This document shows positions 8,772 through 17,888 of a DNA stretch of 64,000 bases, piece by piece. The stretch is from an uncultured Chloroflexia bacterium (GTDB lineage Bacteria > Chloroflexota > Ktedonobacteria > Ktedonobacterales > Ktedonobacteraceae). A program made the translations under genes and the position numbers. The stretch is taken from NCBI GenBank assembly GCA_963744875.1, contig CAVUVQ010000050.1:77330-141329 (forward strand), written 5' to 3'. Positions within the stretch are counted from its first letter, which is position 1. Each line of letters starts with the position of its first letter. The notes below the pieces were generated by a model, which worked only from the letters and a program-made list of their open reading frames with translations, was not told the DNA's origin and ran no database searches.

Positions 8772-9017
8772 CTACTTATTCTTGTTCATTAAATTTTTGG
8801 CATCATTCTCCATGCCGCCGACGCCCTTTTGCGCTTCCTGGTTGATCTCGCTATTGGCACCTTGATCGGCCTTCTGTTTGGCCGCCTGATCAATTTTCTG
8901 TCCTTCTGGCACATGCTGAGAGGCGCTATCGATGCCTTTATTGATTGCATTGTCAGCCGTGTTATCAATTCCAGACGTGTTTTGATTGTTCTGCTGATTG
9001 TTATTCTGGTCAGCCAT
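8772..9017 (-). CDS. Small hydrophilic Asn/Gln/Lys-rich protein (81 aa), function unknown
   Basis: The ORF reads MADQNNNQQNNQNTSGIDNTADNAINKGIDSASQHVPEGQKIDQAAKQKADQGANSEINQEAQKGVGGMENDAKNLMNKNK. It has no TM segment and is low complexity, stress-protein-like in composition only. I chose the internal ATG at 9017. Confidence 0.45.
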   Translation of the reverse strand: MADQNNNQQNNQNTSGIDNTADNAINKGIDSASQHVPEGQKIDQAAKQKADQGANSEINQEAQKGVGGMENDAKNLMNKNK

Positions 9018-9286
9018 AAACTGTTCCTTTCTTCTATAAAACAACTACTCTCTTGTCACGTTCTGGACTCCAGGATCGTCTCACTCCATGTCTGCCAGAT
9101 GCAAACGGAAACAAAAGAATATTCTCTTTGACCTCTCGCCCAATTTGTGGTATAATTAGAACAAGATTTCAATGTAATTTGTACACTAATAGGATTGATA
9201 CTTCCGCTTTTTGGGATGTTTGTAAGAATTTATAGGTAGACAGATAAAGAAGGGTTGCCCATAGAGGAAAGGGGGCACGTCACGCG

Positions 9287-9904
9287 ATGAGTATTATGCA
9301 ACTCACCCAGACCGTCCATATTATGCCATCTCCGCAGGTACGTTCCCGCAAGCGCCCGGTGCAGCAGACATTGCCAGGCCTGGAGCTTGAGATGAGCACG
9401 CCGCCACAGGTGACAAACCATCAGATCGCCGAGGTGCTCGCAGGCATCGCCGATCTACTCGAAGCGCAGAATAGTAATCCATATCGCATTCAAGCTTATC
9501 GCAATGCCGCGCGTGGCGTTCTGGATCTGGCAGAACCAGTTGCTCAGATTCTGGCACGCGGGGAAGACCTGCCCCTCTCCGGGGTGGGCGATCGTTTACG
9601 TGCCCACATTAACGAACTTGTCCAATTGGGAACCGTAACCTTCCAGAATGGTCTTTTGATGCAGACATTACCGCAAGGTGTGCGTGCATTGATGGCAGTT
9701 GAACACGTCGGACCCTACACCGCGATTCGCCTGCACGAAGAACTAGGCATCGATTCGCCGGAGAAGCTCCTACGCGCAGCTCAACAGCAGCGCATTCGCC
9801 AGCTTACCGGCTTTGGACCCCGTAGCGAAGCTCGTCTGAAAGAAGCCGCTCAACGACTGGTGAAAGAGAAGCGTCCAGAGCGCTCTCTGAGCGTCGTCGC
9901 GTAA
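9287..9904 (+). CDS. Helix-hairpin-helix protein resembling only the N-terminal 8-kDa/fingers part of family X DNA polymerases
   Basis: IAEVLAGIADLLEAQNSNPYRIQAYRNAARGVLDL ... LSGVGDRLRAHINELVQLGT ... HVGPYTAIRLHEELGI ... LTGFGPRSEARL. This is the typical PolX N-terminal pattern. No palm/nucleotidyltransferase or PHP domain follows (205 aa in total). Confidence 0.6.
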   Translation: MSIMQLTQTVHIMPSPQVRSRKRPVQQTLPGLELEMSTPPQVTNHQIAEVLAGIADLLEAQNSNPYRIQAYRNAARGVLDLAEPVAQILARGEDLPLSGVGDRLRAHINELVQLGTVTFQNGLLMQTLPQGVRALMAVEHVGPYTAIRLHEELGIDSPEKLLRAAQQQRIRQLTGFGPRSEARLKEAAQRLVKEKRPERSLSVVA

Positions 9905-9918
9905 TTTGTACAAAATGC

Positions 9919-10000
9919 GTAGGGGCGTCACCTTGCATGCGCTTGGTTCCAAGGAACATTGTCTATCAGGAACCCGACGCACGCAGGGTGACGCCCCTAC
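9919..10000. repeat. REP-like palindrome (GTAGGGGCGTCACC... type), 23-bp arms with 2 mismatches
   Basis: GTAGGGGCGTCACCTTGCATGCG (9919-9941) and CGCACGCAGGGTGACGCCCCTAC (9978-10000). It lies between convergent stops at 9904 and 10006. Confidence 0.85.
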
Positions 10001-10005
10001 ATTTA

Positions 10006-10326
10006 CTATTTGCGGTTGAACAAAACATTGATGATTATAACAGCGACATAAAACAAAACAAGTACAAAGATGAATGCCACAGCACCGATACTACCGACAT
10101 TTAAACCATACCCAAGCAATATCAAGCCCAGAGTCATAACCATGAGCATAGCCAGCGAGACGATTGCCAACGCTAAACGCTGACCCGTTGAGGGGGCTTT
10201 AAAGGACGCGTGATCCGAAATTTTCTGTCCATGTGAGCCTGTAGAATAGTCATAAGACATGGCAGTATAGCCAGTTCCTGGTGTACCGTGCTGGAACTCT
10301 CCATAGTTCATTTCCTGTTGAGACAT
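10006..10326 (-). CDS. Small membrane protein (106 aa, two C-terminal TM helices), unknown function
   Basis: AAAGGATGG precedes ATG 10326. The N-terminus MSQQEMNYGEFQHGTPGTGYTAMSYDYSTGSHGQ is followed by two hydrophobic helices. The longer ORF to 10485 runs into a palindromic repeat and was not used. Confidence 0.55.
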   Translation of the reverse strand: MSQQEMNYGEFQHGTPGTGYTAMSYDYSTGSHGQKISDHASFKAPSTGQRLALAIVSLAMLMVMTLGLILLGYGLNVGSIGAVAFIFVLVLFYVAVIIINVLFNRK

Positions 10327-10414
10327 GGCACCATCCTTTCGCTCTATGTAAGACAAAAACAAAATGAATGCTATCTTCTTCAATACGAGCAATGGAATGT
10401 AAAAGTTATAAAAA

Positions 10415-10522
10415 GCGACGGATTTGTGAACCGCGCCCCTACACCAGCGATGGAAGTCAGTACAAAAACAACCATTCATTTCCATCCCAATGGTGTAGGG
10501 GCGCGGTTCACAAATCCGTCGC
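10415..10522. repeat. 31-bp perfect inverted repeat with 46-nt loop; CCCCTAC/GTAGGGG motif faces the loop
   Basis: GCGACGGATTTGTGAACCGCGCCCCTACACC (10415-10445) and its exact reverse complement (10492-10522). The loop contains CCATTCAT, which also occurs in the loops of other repeat families here. Confidence 0.9.
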
Positions 10523-10542
10523 GTGGCACAACATTACCGACT

Positions 10543-11439
10543 TTATGCGCGTTGACCTGCCATCTGTTTCTGGAACTCTTTACGTCCCTGCTCATCGAGC
10601 GCAGCAAATTCTTCGTCGCTGAGCGAAACATTGACGGCATCCACATTTTCTTCCAGGTGCTTCACTTGACTGGTGCCAGGGATCGGCAATGTGACTGGAC
10701 TACGCTTAAGAATCCATGCCAACGCGACTCCACCGGGCGTTGTGTTTTGCTTTCTAGCAATTTCGTCGAGAAGCGAACCCGGTTGCGCCAGACTCCCCGA
10801 CGCGAGCGGGAACCAGGGGATAAAACCGATATTGGCGCGTGTACAGTACTCAAGAACATCTTCGCTCTGGCGCGTCACCAGATTATACATGTTCTGTACT
10901 GTGACTACAGGAAAGAACTTCTGTGCCGCCTCAATTTCTTCGGTATTGACTTCGCTCAGGCCAGCATGGCGAATAAGACCCTCCTGCTGCATCTGCTTGA
11001 TCATATCAAACTGCTCATCACGCGGCACCTTTGGATCAATGCGATGGAGTTGCCACAGGTCAATACGTTCAACACCCAACCGCCGCAAACTCATCAGAAC
11101 ACATTGGCGTAGATATTCAGGACGCCCCAATGGAGGCCAGACATTTGGTCCGTGACGGGTCAGGCCACCTTTGGTCGCTATAACCATACCTGTGTAGGGA
11201 TAAAGCGCCTCGTGAATCAAGTTTTCGCTCACCTCAGGACCATAACTATCGGCGGTATCAATAAAATTCACACCCAGTTCTGGCAACCGTTTCAATGTGC
11301 GCAGTGCTTCCTCACGATCATCTGGCTCACCCCAGATACCATTGCCCGTGATCCGCATAGCACCATAGCCAAGACGATTCACCGTCAGGTCTCCGCCGAT
11401 TTTGAACTGCCCACTGGCCGCTGCATTACCTTTATTCAT
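10543..11439 (-). CDS. Aldo/keto reductase family oxidoreductase
   Basis: 298 aa. Motifs [57 protein letters not shown] and LAWIL match the AKR fold signature pattern. Confidence 0.9.
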   Translation of the reverse strand: MNKGNAAASGQFKIGGDLTVNRLGYGAMRITGNGIWGEPDDREEALRTLKRLPELGVNFIDTADSYGPEVSENLIHEALYPYTGMVIATKGGLTRHGPNVWPPLGRPEYLRQCVLMSLRRLGVERIDLWQLHRIDPKVPRDEQFDMIKQMQQEGLIRHAGLSEVNTEEIEAAQKFFPVVTVQNMYNLVTRQSEDVLEYCTRANIGFIPWFPLASGSLAQPGSLLDEIARKQNTTPGGVALAWILKRSPVTLPIPGTSQVKHLEENVDAVNVSLSDEEFAALDEQGRKEFQKQMAGQRA

Positions 11440-11686
11440 ATTCTTCTATCCTTTCCAATTCTGGTTGTTCTCTGCTTATTCAATCACCTCATAGAACCTT
11501 GCCTGAAAGCATAAGGAAATAAGAGGCGCTCTTTTTTGTCCATGAGAGAATTCAGACACAACATGGGGAGAAACTGCCTGGGCACGGCTCCTACCAAACA
11601 CTTACCCTTTATAACACGTTCGTCTCAGCTTCTTCGTTACTCCCAGTAAAGCACCACCTCAGACGAATGCAAAGACTCAATATGAT

Positions 11687-11729
11687 AGAATTAAATAGAG
11701 GATGTTTCTAACACCCTCTATTTAATTCT
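11687..11729 (+). promoter_or_regulatory. 15-bp perfect palindrome (13-nt spacer) 38 nt upstream of the gabT start codon
   Basis: AGAATTAAATAGAGG (11687-11701) and CCTCTATTTAATTCT (11715-11729). AT-rich arms with no T-run after them suggest an operator or RNA structure rather than a terminator. Confidence 0.35.
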
Positions 11730-11767
11730 AGCGAATCCTACCATCTACCCAACGCAGGAGGTACTTT

Positions 11768-13117
11768 ATGACCGACACAATTCCTTCTCTCAATACTCCT
11801 GGAGCATGTTCACGCGAACTACAGGCACGGCGTCAGGAGTTCGTTCCACGCGCCGTCTCCTCTACGATGAACGTCTTTGCGGCAAAGGCTGAGGGTGCTA
11901 TCATTGAAGACGTAGATGGTAACCGCTTTATCGATTTCGCCGGCGGCATCGGCGTTATGAACGTCGGACACAGTCGCCCGGAAGTCGTACAGGCCATCAG
12001 CGAACAGGCCGCAAAATTCACACATACCTGCTTTACCGTGATGATGTACGAGCCATACATTGCCCTGGCCGAGCGTCTCTGTAAGCTGCTCCCCGGCACT
12101 TCCCCTAAAAAAGCTCTCTTTCTCAATAGCGGTGCCGAAGCCGTGGAAAACGCCGTCAAGATCGCACGCTATGCCACCGGACGGCCCGCGATTATCGTCT
12201 TCGATAACGCCTATCATGGGCGCACACTACTGACGATGACCATGACGGCTAAAGTGAAACCCTACAAATATCGCTTTGGACCCTATGCACCAGAAGTCTA
12301 TCGCGCACCTTTTCCCTATCCTTATCGTATGAATATGTCCCCTGAAGAGGCCTCACAGGCCTGCATTCAGGAACTTGAGCGCATGTTCGTTGGCGAGGTC
12401 GCACCGGACCAGGTCGCCGCGATTGTCATTGAGCCTGTACAGGGCGAAGGCGGCTTTATGATCGCACCTCCCGGCTTTTTGCGTGCTCTGAGAGAACTTT
12501 GCGATAAGCACGGTATTTTGTTGATTGTCGACGAAATTCAGACTGGCTTCGGTCGTACAGGAAAAATGTTTGCCTTTGAGCATGACGGTATTGAACCAGA
12601 CTTAATAACGGTCGCCAAGTCGATGGGCGCAGGTATGCCTATCAGCGGCGTGATCGGACGCGCGGAGTTGATGGATGCTCCTCTACCGGGGATGCTTGGT
12701 GGAACGTATAGCGGCAATCCGGTTGCGTGCGCGGCGGCTCTAGCGGTGCTGGACATCTATGAAAAGGAAGATCTGGTTACTCGCTCACAGGAGATCGGCA
12801 CGACCATTCTGGAACATTTTGCGCAACTACAGGAGCGCTACGCCTGCATCGGCGAGGTGCGTGGTCTCGGCTGTATGATCGCCATGGAGCTGGTAAAGGA
12901 TCGCGCTACACGAGCACCTGATGCGCAGATTACGAGCGCACTGATGGCAGCGGCTCACAAGCATGGGCTGGTCCTCATCAAAGCTGGCATGTATGATAAC
13001 GTGTTGCGCGTGCTGGTACCTCTGGACATTACCAATGAACAACTACAAGAGGCAATGAACATCTTCGATGCAGCTTTTGCCGAGGTGGCTGGAGTAGTAC
13101 CTTCTCCTGTTTCATAA
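11768..13117 (+). CDS. gabT: 4-aminobutyrate--2-oxoglutarate aminotransferase (class III PLP aminotransferase)
   Basis: 449 aa, colinear by eye with E. coli GabT. Shared segments: FAGGIGVMNVGH, SGAEAVENAVKIAR, AYHGRT, IEPVQGEGGF, DEIQTGFGRTG, KS.G.G.P..GV.GRAE.MD, GGTY.GNP.ACAAAL, RGLG.MIA.EL, NVLR.LVPL. Confidence 0.88.
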   Translation: MTDTIPSLNTPGACSRELQARRQEFVPRAVSSTMNVFAAKAEGAIIEDVDGNRFIDFAGGIGVMNVGHSRPEVVQAISEQAAKFTHTCFTVMMYEPYIALAERLCKLLPGTSPKKALFLNSGAEAVENAVKIARYATGRPAIIVFDNAYHGRTLLTMTMTAKVKPYKYRFGPYAPEVYRAPFPYPYRMNMSPEEASQACIQELERMFVGEVAPDQVAAIVIEPVQGEGGFMIAPPGFLRALRELCDKHGILLIVDEIQTGFGRTGKMFAFEHDGIEPDLITVAKSMGAGMPISGVIGRAELMDAPLPGMLGGTYSGNPVACAAALAVLDIYEKEDLVTRSQEIGTTILEHFAQLQERYACIGEVRGLGCMIAMELVKDRATRAPDAQITSALMAAAHKHGLVLIKAGMYDNVLRVLVPLDITNEQLQEAMNIFDAAFAEVAGVVPSPVS

Positions 13118-13235
13118 GAGATTTTCCTGATTTAGCATAGCCACCTGCATATGGATATACAGGTGGCACTTTAATATCAGCCATTATAAATTCTTAAGCA
13201 AGAAGCAATGGAATGAGCAAAGAAAGATTTATATC

Positions 13236-13712
13236 ATGCTACGACAATACATTGATAAAGATCGCTCTTCTTGCATAAATATTCTGGAAAGTAATACTCC
13301 TCGCTACTTTGCACCACTAGATCGTGAAGACTTTCTGGCATTTCTCGATGCGCCTTCTGGTATCTACAGTGTTCTTGAAGACCATGAAGGTGTAATCGTT
13401 GGCTGTGGAGGAATTTCCACACGCAAGCAGGGAGAGGAGGGATTACTCACCTGGGGCATGATCCATGCAACACAACATAGCCAGGGATGGGGACGGCATC
13501 TCACCATTGTGCGTTTCTCTCAACTTTGCAAGATTGCTACGGTGAAGACTATTACCCTCAATACTAGTCAGGAAACAGTAGGCTTCTACGAAAAGCTAGG
13601 GTTTCGTAGAACTGCCTTTACTCCCGACTACTATAGCATTGGACTCCACCGTTATGACATGGAATTCGGCGTGGATGAGCAATTTCGCCAACAGATCTTA
13701 GCGCTATCCTGA
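13236..13712 (+). CDS. GNAT family N-acetyltransferase
   Basis: 158 aa with an acetyl-CoA binding-like segment (HATQHSQGWGRHL), a C-terminal FYEKLGFR motif and typical GNAT size. Confidence 0.7.
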   Translation: MLRQYIDKDRSSCINILESNTPRYFAPLDREDFLAFLDAPSGIYSVLEDHEGVIVGCGGISTRKQGEEGLLTWGMIHATQHSQGWGRHLTIVRFSQLCKIATVKTITLNTSQETVGFYEKLGFRRTAFTPDYYSIGLHRYDMEFGVDEQFRQQILALS

Positions 13713-13716
13713 GTGG

Positions 13717-14565
13717 TCAAAACTCTCCACGCTCAATCATCGCGATAAAACGCTGCTCCAAGTCATACGTTCGCGCTCCCGGCTTCCCATCGCCAATCGT
13801 CACGTCATCAATGCGCACAACGGGCGTGATCTCCTTTGAAGATGATGTGATAAAGGCTTCGTCAAACTGGGGAAGTTCAGTGAGCAAGATCGGGCGCTCT
13901 TCAACGGGAAAACGTCCCTTTGCAAGATCAAGTACCGTGCTACGCGTGACGCCCATCAGCACACCTTTCCCCGGTGTGATCAACGTATCGCCATGAAAGA
14001 CGAAGAAGTTGCTGCGCGTCCCTTCCAGAACATGCCCCCGCTCGTTGACGAAGAGCGCATCGCTGGCATCGTGCTTTTTCGCTTCCTTGAGCGCACGTAT
14101 CGCCGCTTCGTAGTTGGAGGTCTTAGCTTCGGGCGTCGTGCGTTGCAAAGATGTGGTAATCAACTTGATGCCCTGCGCAAAACGCTCCATGTCTCGTTCG
14201 CCAAGTGGTGTGACCAGCAGCGCTAATCCAGGCTGCTCCCCAGGCATTACACCGTCCTCGCTCTCGCCACCTGTGACAAGGATACGAATTGAGGCGTGGT
14301 GGTAGGTGTTGCGCTCAATTGCCTCATGTATGAGTTGCGCTACAAATTCTGATGCGAAAGGAATCTCCAACTCGATTAGCGCAGCCGAACGATACAGGCG
14401 TTGCAGGTGCTCTTTTAGATGAAAGGGACGCCGATCATATGTGCGCAATGACTCGAAGACGCTATAGCCACGCAAAACGGCCACATCGTTAATGGAGATG
14501 GTCGCTTCGTTGGGATGGACCCAGCGCCCATTGATATACCAGAGTGCGTTGTTATCTCTACTCAT
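13717..14565 (-). CDS. Class IV aminotransferase (branched-chain amino acid / D-amino acid aminotransferase family)
   Basis: 282 aa. Motifs VLRGYSVFESLRTY, HL.RL..SA, EAKTSNY and G.LEG.TR..V are typical of fold-type IV PLP enzymes. Confidence 0.8.
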   Translation of the reverse strand: MSRDNNALWYINGRWVHPNEATISINDVAVLRGYSVFESLRTYDRRPFHLKEHLQRLYRSAALIELEIPFASEFVAQLIHEAIERNTYHHASIRILVTGGESEDGVMPGEQPGLALLVTPLGERDMERFAQGIKLITTSLQRTTPEAKTSNYEAAIRALKEAKKHDASDALFVNERGHVLEGTRSNFFVFHGDTLITPGKGVLMGVTRSTVLDLAKGRFPVEERPILLTELPQFDEAFITSSSKEITPVVRIDDVTIGDGKPGARTYDLEQRFIAMIERGEF

Positions 14566-14568
14566 AAG

Positions 14569-14626
14569 TATTTACTTTCTTGCACTAGAGAACCTTATTA
14601 TTTACTTTCTTGCACTAGAAAACCTT
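14569..14626. repeat. Tandem direct repeat, 28 of 30 nt unit x2 (1 mismatch) plus partial third copy
   Basis: TATTTACTTTCTTGCACTAGAGAACCTT (14569-14596) and TATTTACTTTCTTGCACTAGAAAACCTT (14599-14626), period 30. It starts immediately upstream of the class IV aminotransferase start, and the second unit overlaps the last codons and stop of the EVE gene. Confidence 0.9.
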
Positions 14627-15016
14627 CTTTTCTTGCAACCACGCTACCACGTTAGTGGGTACGCTCATCGTTGAAAGACGACTCTGGCGCACCAGACTCC
14701 AATCGTCGAAGAGATGGCTCTCTTTAATCTCGCGCAAGGTAACGGGTTGTGCTAAACGGCGCACAAAGGCCACATCTACGACCCAGCTTTTGTCATCGTT
14801 TGGATCGGGCCGCGGCTCTGAGATTACACGTGCGAGTCCCACGATAGCTGCTTCACCCATACTATGATAAATAAAAACATCATCGCCCGTATGCATTGAG
14901 CGAATTACAAGTCGCGCCGCTGGACTGCGTACACCATCCCACGTCGTCTCTTTGTCATGCTCAAGGTGCGCCAGTGAGTAAGTCTCAGGGTCCGTCTTCG
15001 CTAGAAAATACGCCAT
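14615..15016 (-). CDS. EVE (PUA-like) domain protein
   Basis: GGAAGGTGG sits upstream of ATG 15016. MAYFLAKTDPETYSL..L......WDGVR...A...IRSM..GD.VFIYHS......IVG.A.V... is the classic EVE N-terminal pattern. Confidence 0.8.
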   Translation of the reverse strand: MAYFLAKTDPETYSLAHLEHDKETTWDGVRSPAARLVIRSMHTGDDVFIYHSMGEAAIVGLARVISEPRPDPNDDKSWVVDVAFVRRLAQPVTLREIKESHLFDDWSLVRQSRLSTMSVPTNVVAWLQEKKVF

Positions 15017-15339
15017 AATATCGCCACCTTCCTCGTCATACTTTATTGGATGCATTGCAATTTATTTTATCATCATAATGAATAACATAATAAAAAAATT
15101 TGAGACAAACTTGTGACCAATTTTCTCTAACCAACTCCCCCTTGTCTCCGTATACACTTATGTAGCCGTAATAATATTAGATGAGCTACGACATAGGACA
15201 ACATACGCTAGAGGTTATATCCGATTTCGGTAGGATTGGGCCAGTAGTGAAGCCATAGTGCTCATTCTCTACTGGAAAAGATACTGTACAGTATAAGAGC
15301 GTAATACAGAGAAAAGAAAGAGAAAGGTACAATACTATT

Positions 15340-15693
15340 ATGACACAGACAGATCCTAACAACATTGAGCAGCGCACAGGCTATGGCGTTGAAGAGTTGC
15401 AGGTCATGGGCGAGCAGTTACTCTCCAAGGTGAAAGAAGTCATCCACGAGGGCAACGTCCGTCGCCTGATTATCAAGCAGGATGGCCGCACATTGTTGGA
15501 GATTCCTCTGACAATCGGCGTTGCAGGCGTGGTTCTGGCTCCAGTATGGGCCGCAATCGGCGTCCTTGGCGCATTGATTGCACAATGCTCGATCGAGGTC
15601 GTACGCTCAGAGTCTCCTGCCGAGGCGGTGAAAGATGCCATCCAAACTACGTATGATAACATCACTCCTCCTGAGAACCCTGCATCGTTCTAA
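15340..15693 (+). CDS. DUF4342 domain protein
   Basis: LLSKVKEVIHEGNVRRLIIKQDGRTLLEIPLTIGVAGVVLAPVWAAIGVLGALIAQCSIEVVR matches the remembered DUF4342 core (HEGNVRR.II......L.EIPLT.GV). Confidence 0.8.
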   Translation: MTQTDPNNIEQRTGYGVEELQVMGEQLLSKVKEVIHEGNVRRLIIKQDGRTLLEIPLTIGVAGVVLAPVWAAIGVLGALIAQCSIEVVRSESPAEAVKDAIQTTYDNITPPENPASF

Positions 15694-15953
15694 AAGACGT
15701 GGGTGAACATTCGTAAAGCGGGGTCTGCATGCTACTTTGTGCAGGCTCCGGGCTTATTCCACTTGCCCACCACGTATCTCCCCTCAAGAACAAATCCCCA
15801 CCACACATCTCCACACCTACGCTAATAGCGTATAATGTAAATAGAAAAGAGTATCAACTCAACCATACTCAATATATGGAGAAAATTGGGCGTGCTCTCT
15901 TCGTATTACCAATAGTATTGCAATAACACATATTTTTAAGCACACATCGAAAG

Positions 15954-16445
15954 GTGATTTCGGCATGCCGATCGCAACATCCTGCACAAATTGAACGCTA
16001 TGAAATGGCCCCTTCACTAGTTATAGCTACTCTAAAGGGACTGGACGAAGCGCAGATGCAACAGATCCCGACAGAGGGAGAATGGAGCATTCACGAGATC
16101 GTTATTCACCTGGCCGATAGCGAGACAATGGGCTACTGGCGGATACGCAAAACGTTGGCAGAAGCAGGCTCCACTCTCCCAATTTATAATGAGGCGGCCT
16201 GGGCACAGAAACTCTCCTATCATTCTCAGGAACGCGCACTGGCATTGGCACTCTTCAGCAGTTTGCGAGCTTCTACCACTGCTCTACTACGCTCGCTTCC
16301 TGCCGCAAGTTGGGAACTTACCAGCAACCATCCAGAACATGGTAAAATTATGGTCTACGATCTCTTCAATATCTATCTGGAACATGGTGAGATCCACCTG
16401 CAACAGATTGAGCGCGTCAAACACCTATTTTCAACAATTGCATAA
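15954..16445 (+). CDS. DinB family protein
   Basis: IERYE....L....L.E.Q......GEWSIHEIVIHLADSE ... HLQQI follows the DinB_2 His-triad pattern. The GTG start is assumed, so the start is uncertain. Confidence 0.7.
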   Translation: MISACRSQHPAQIERYEMAPSLVIATLKGLDEAQMQQIPTEGEWSIHEIVIHLADSETMGYWRIRKTLAEAGSTLPIYNEAAWAQKLSYHSQERALALALFSSLRASTTALLRSLPAASWELTSNHPEHGKIMVYDLFNIYLEHGEIHLQQIERVKHLFSTIA

Positions 16446-16469
16446 CATGTATTGGTCGGGGGAGGCATA

Positions 16470-17003
16470 ATGACAGGTACTATGGCCGCACGCGCCGCAC
16501 ACACGAACAGGTTACGTCAAACATATACATTGCTCGGATTGGGCGTCGTCTTTATTCTGGCCGCTTTGATTTTGCGCTTGAACTCCTATGAATATCCACT
16601 GGGCGTTTTCTTGCTTGGCATCGGCCTACTCATCGGCGCATTCATCTACCCACCGCGCCTGATGATTGCAGGATGGTTGGTAACACCTTTAGGGTTTGCT
16701 GTCTTTCTTACATTCAAGCGTTTTATTCCGGGGAGCCAGGTGCTTGCCTTCTTCATTCTCGCACTCGGTGTTGGCCTGCTGGCAATTTCTCTCGTCGGGC
16801 GCAGGGGCTACGTTGGCAAGGGGGCAATATCGCCCGCGATCCTTGTCCTGGTCGTGGGCATCGTCGAACTATTGCTGGCCCGTGGCCTTACACCAGCAGG
16901 TTTTATTCCCTTCATGCTCTCCCTCTGGCTACCAGGCATCGGATTACTTGTCGTTGGCCTCGCCTACCTGCTCACCAATGGGAGAGGCGGATACGCATTT
17001 TAA
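16470..17003 (+). CDS. Polytopic membrane protein, unknown function
   Basis: GGGGGAGG precedes ATG 16470. The 177-aa protein is almost entirely hydrophobic helices. Confidence 0.5.
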   Translation: MTGTMAARAAHTNRLRQTYTLLGLGVVFILAALILRLNSYEYPLGVFLLGIGLLIGAFIYPPRLMIAGWLVTPLGFAVFLTFKRFIPGSQVLAFFILALGVGLLAISLVGRRGYVGKGAISPAILVLVVGIVELLLARGLTPAGFIPFMLSLWLPGIGLLVVGLAYLLTNGRGGYAF

Positions 17004-17032
17004 GATCCATGAGTTGTTACTTCAGAGGAGTT

Positions 17033-17842
17033 CTAAAGTGGTTTTGTTGCTTTCAATGAAAAGGTCATTGGAACCAGGTTCTCTTTCTGAGGATCTTTCA
17101 TCCTGAAAAATCTATCCTCACCTTTTACCATGTCTGGAAAGTTTTCCCAGCCACAGAAAGGGAACTCGTGAAAGAACTCTATTTTTAGACCTGCCGAGAT
17201 GAGGGACATAAAAATTTCGCTCAGAGGATGATTCCACCCATACGTGACTGTGTGGATCTTTTTTGCGCTCCGATCAGCGTATGTTCCCTCTTCTTCGCTC
17301 TTAATAGGCTCAGGCGAAAAATAGGAGTAGGCAACCTGGAAATCAGTCGACTTGTCATCAAGCGTCCACATAAAGGGATGGGCCTCGACAATATAGAAGA
17401 ACCCGCCCGGCTTGAGATAATCAGCGATGATTTTGCCCCAGGGAAGCAGGTCAGGAAGCCAGCCAATCACTCCATATGAGGTATATACAATGTCGAATGT
17501 CCCTGAAAGAACCTGGGGGAGTTGATAGATGTTGGATTGGATAAAGGTAGCATCCAGGCCTGTCTCTTTACTTAACGACCGGGCTAACATAATGGCTTTC
17601 TCTGAGAAATCGACTCCCGTGACCGTGGCACCCAACCTTGCCCAGGACAAAGTATCCATGCCAAAGTGACATTGCAAATGCAGCAACGACTTTCCGGCGA
17701 CATCTCCCACCTCTTCTCGTTCAAGATTTTTGAGCTTCGATATGCCTGCTTTAAAGCTTTCTAGCAGGTAGGTATCACCTTGCGCATGGATATCTACCGC
17801 TTCGTTCCACCATGCGAGATTGGCTTCTGTGTATTTGTCCAT
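17033..17842 (-). CDS. Class I SAM-dependent methyltransferase
   Basis: Motif I is LLHLQCHFGMDTLSWARLG; the post-I motif is VTGVDFS. The length and fold pattern are typical. Confidence 0.8.
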   Translation of the reverse strand: MDKYTEANLAWWNEAVDIHAQGDTYLLESFKAGISKLKNLEREEVGDVAGKSLLHLQCHFGMDTLSWARLGATVTGVDFSEKAIMLARSLSKETGLDATFIQSNIYQLPQVLSGTFDIVYTSYGVIGWLPDLLPWGKIIADYLKPGGFFYIVEAHPFMWTLDDKSTDFQVAYSYFSPEPIKSEEEGTYADRSAKKIHTVTYGWNHPLSEIFMSLISAGLKIEFFHEFPFCGWENFPDMVKGEDRFFRMKDPQKENLVPMTFSLKATKPL

Positions 17843-17888
17843 AGACGTTGTCCTTTCTTACACACAGATACAGGGAAAGCCAAATTCG

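Noticed and set aside
10288-11112. 274-aa plus-strand ORF spanning the 10415-10522 palindrome and the antisense of the aldo/keto reductase
   Set aside because: It runs through a non-coding inverted repeat and opposite a clear AKR gene, and it has no motifs. It is an artefact of open antisense frames.
14569-14626. Possible CRISPR array (also considered for the 18-nt and 36-nt tandem repeats at 36910 and 38008)
   Set aside because: The repeats are directly adjacent with no unique spacers, there are only 2-7 units, and they sit inside or abutting coding sequence. No cas genes are present. They are not CRISPR.
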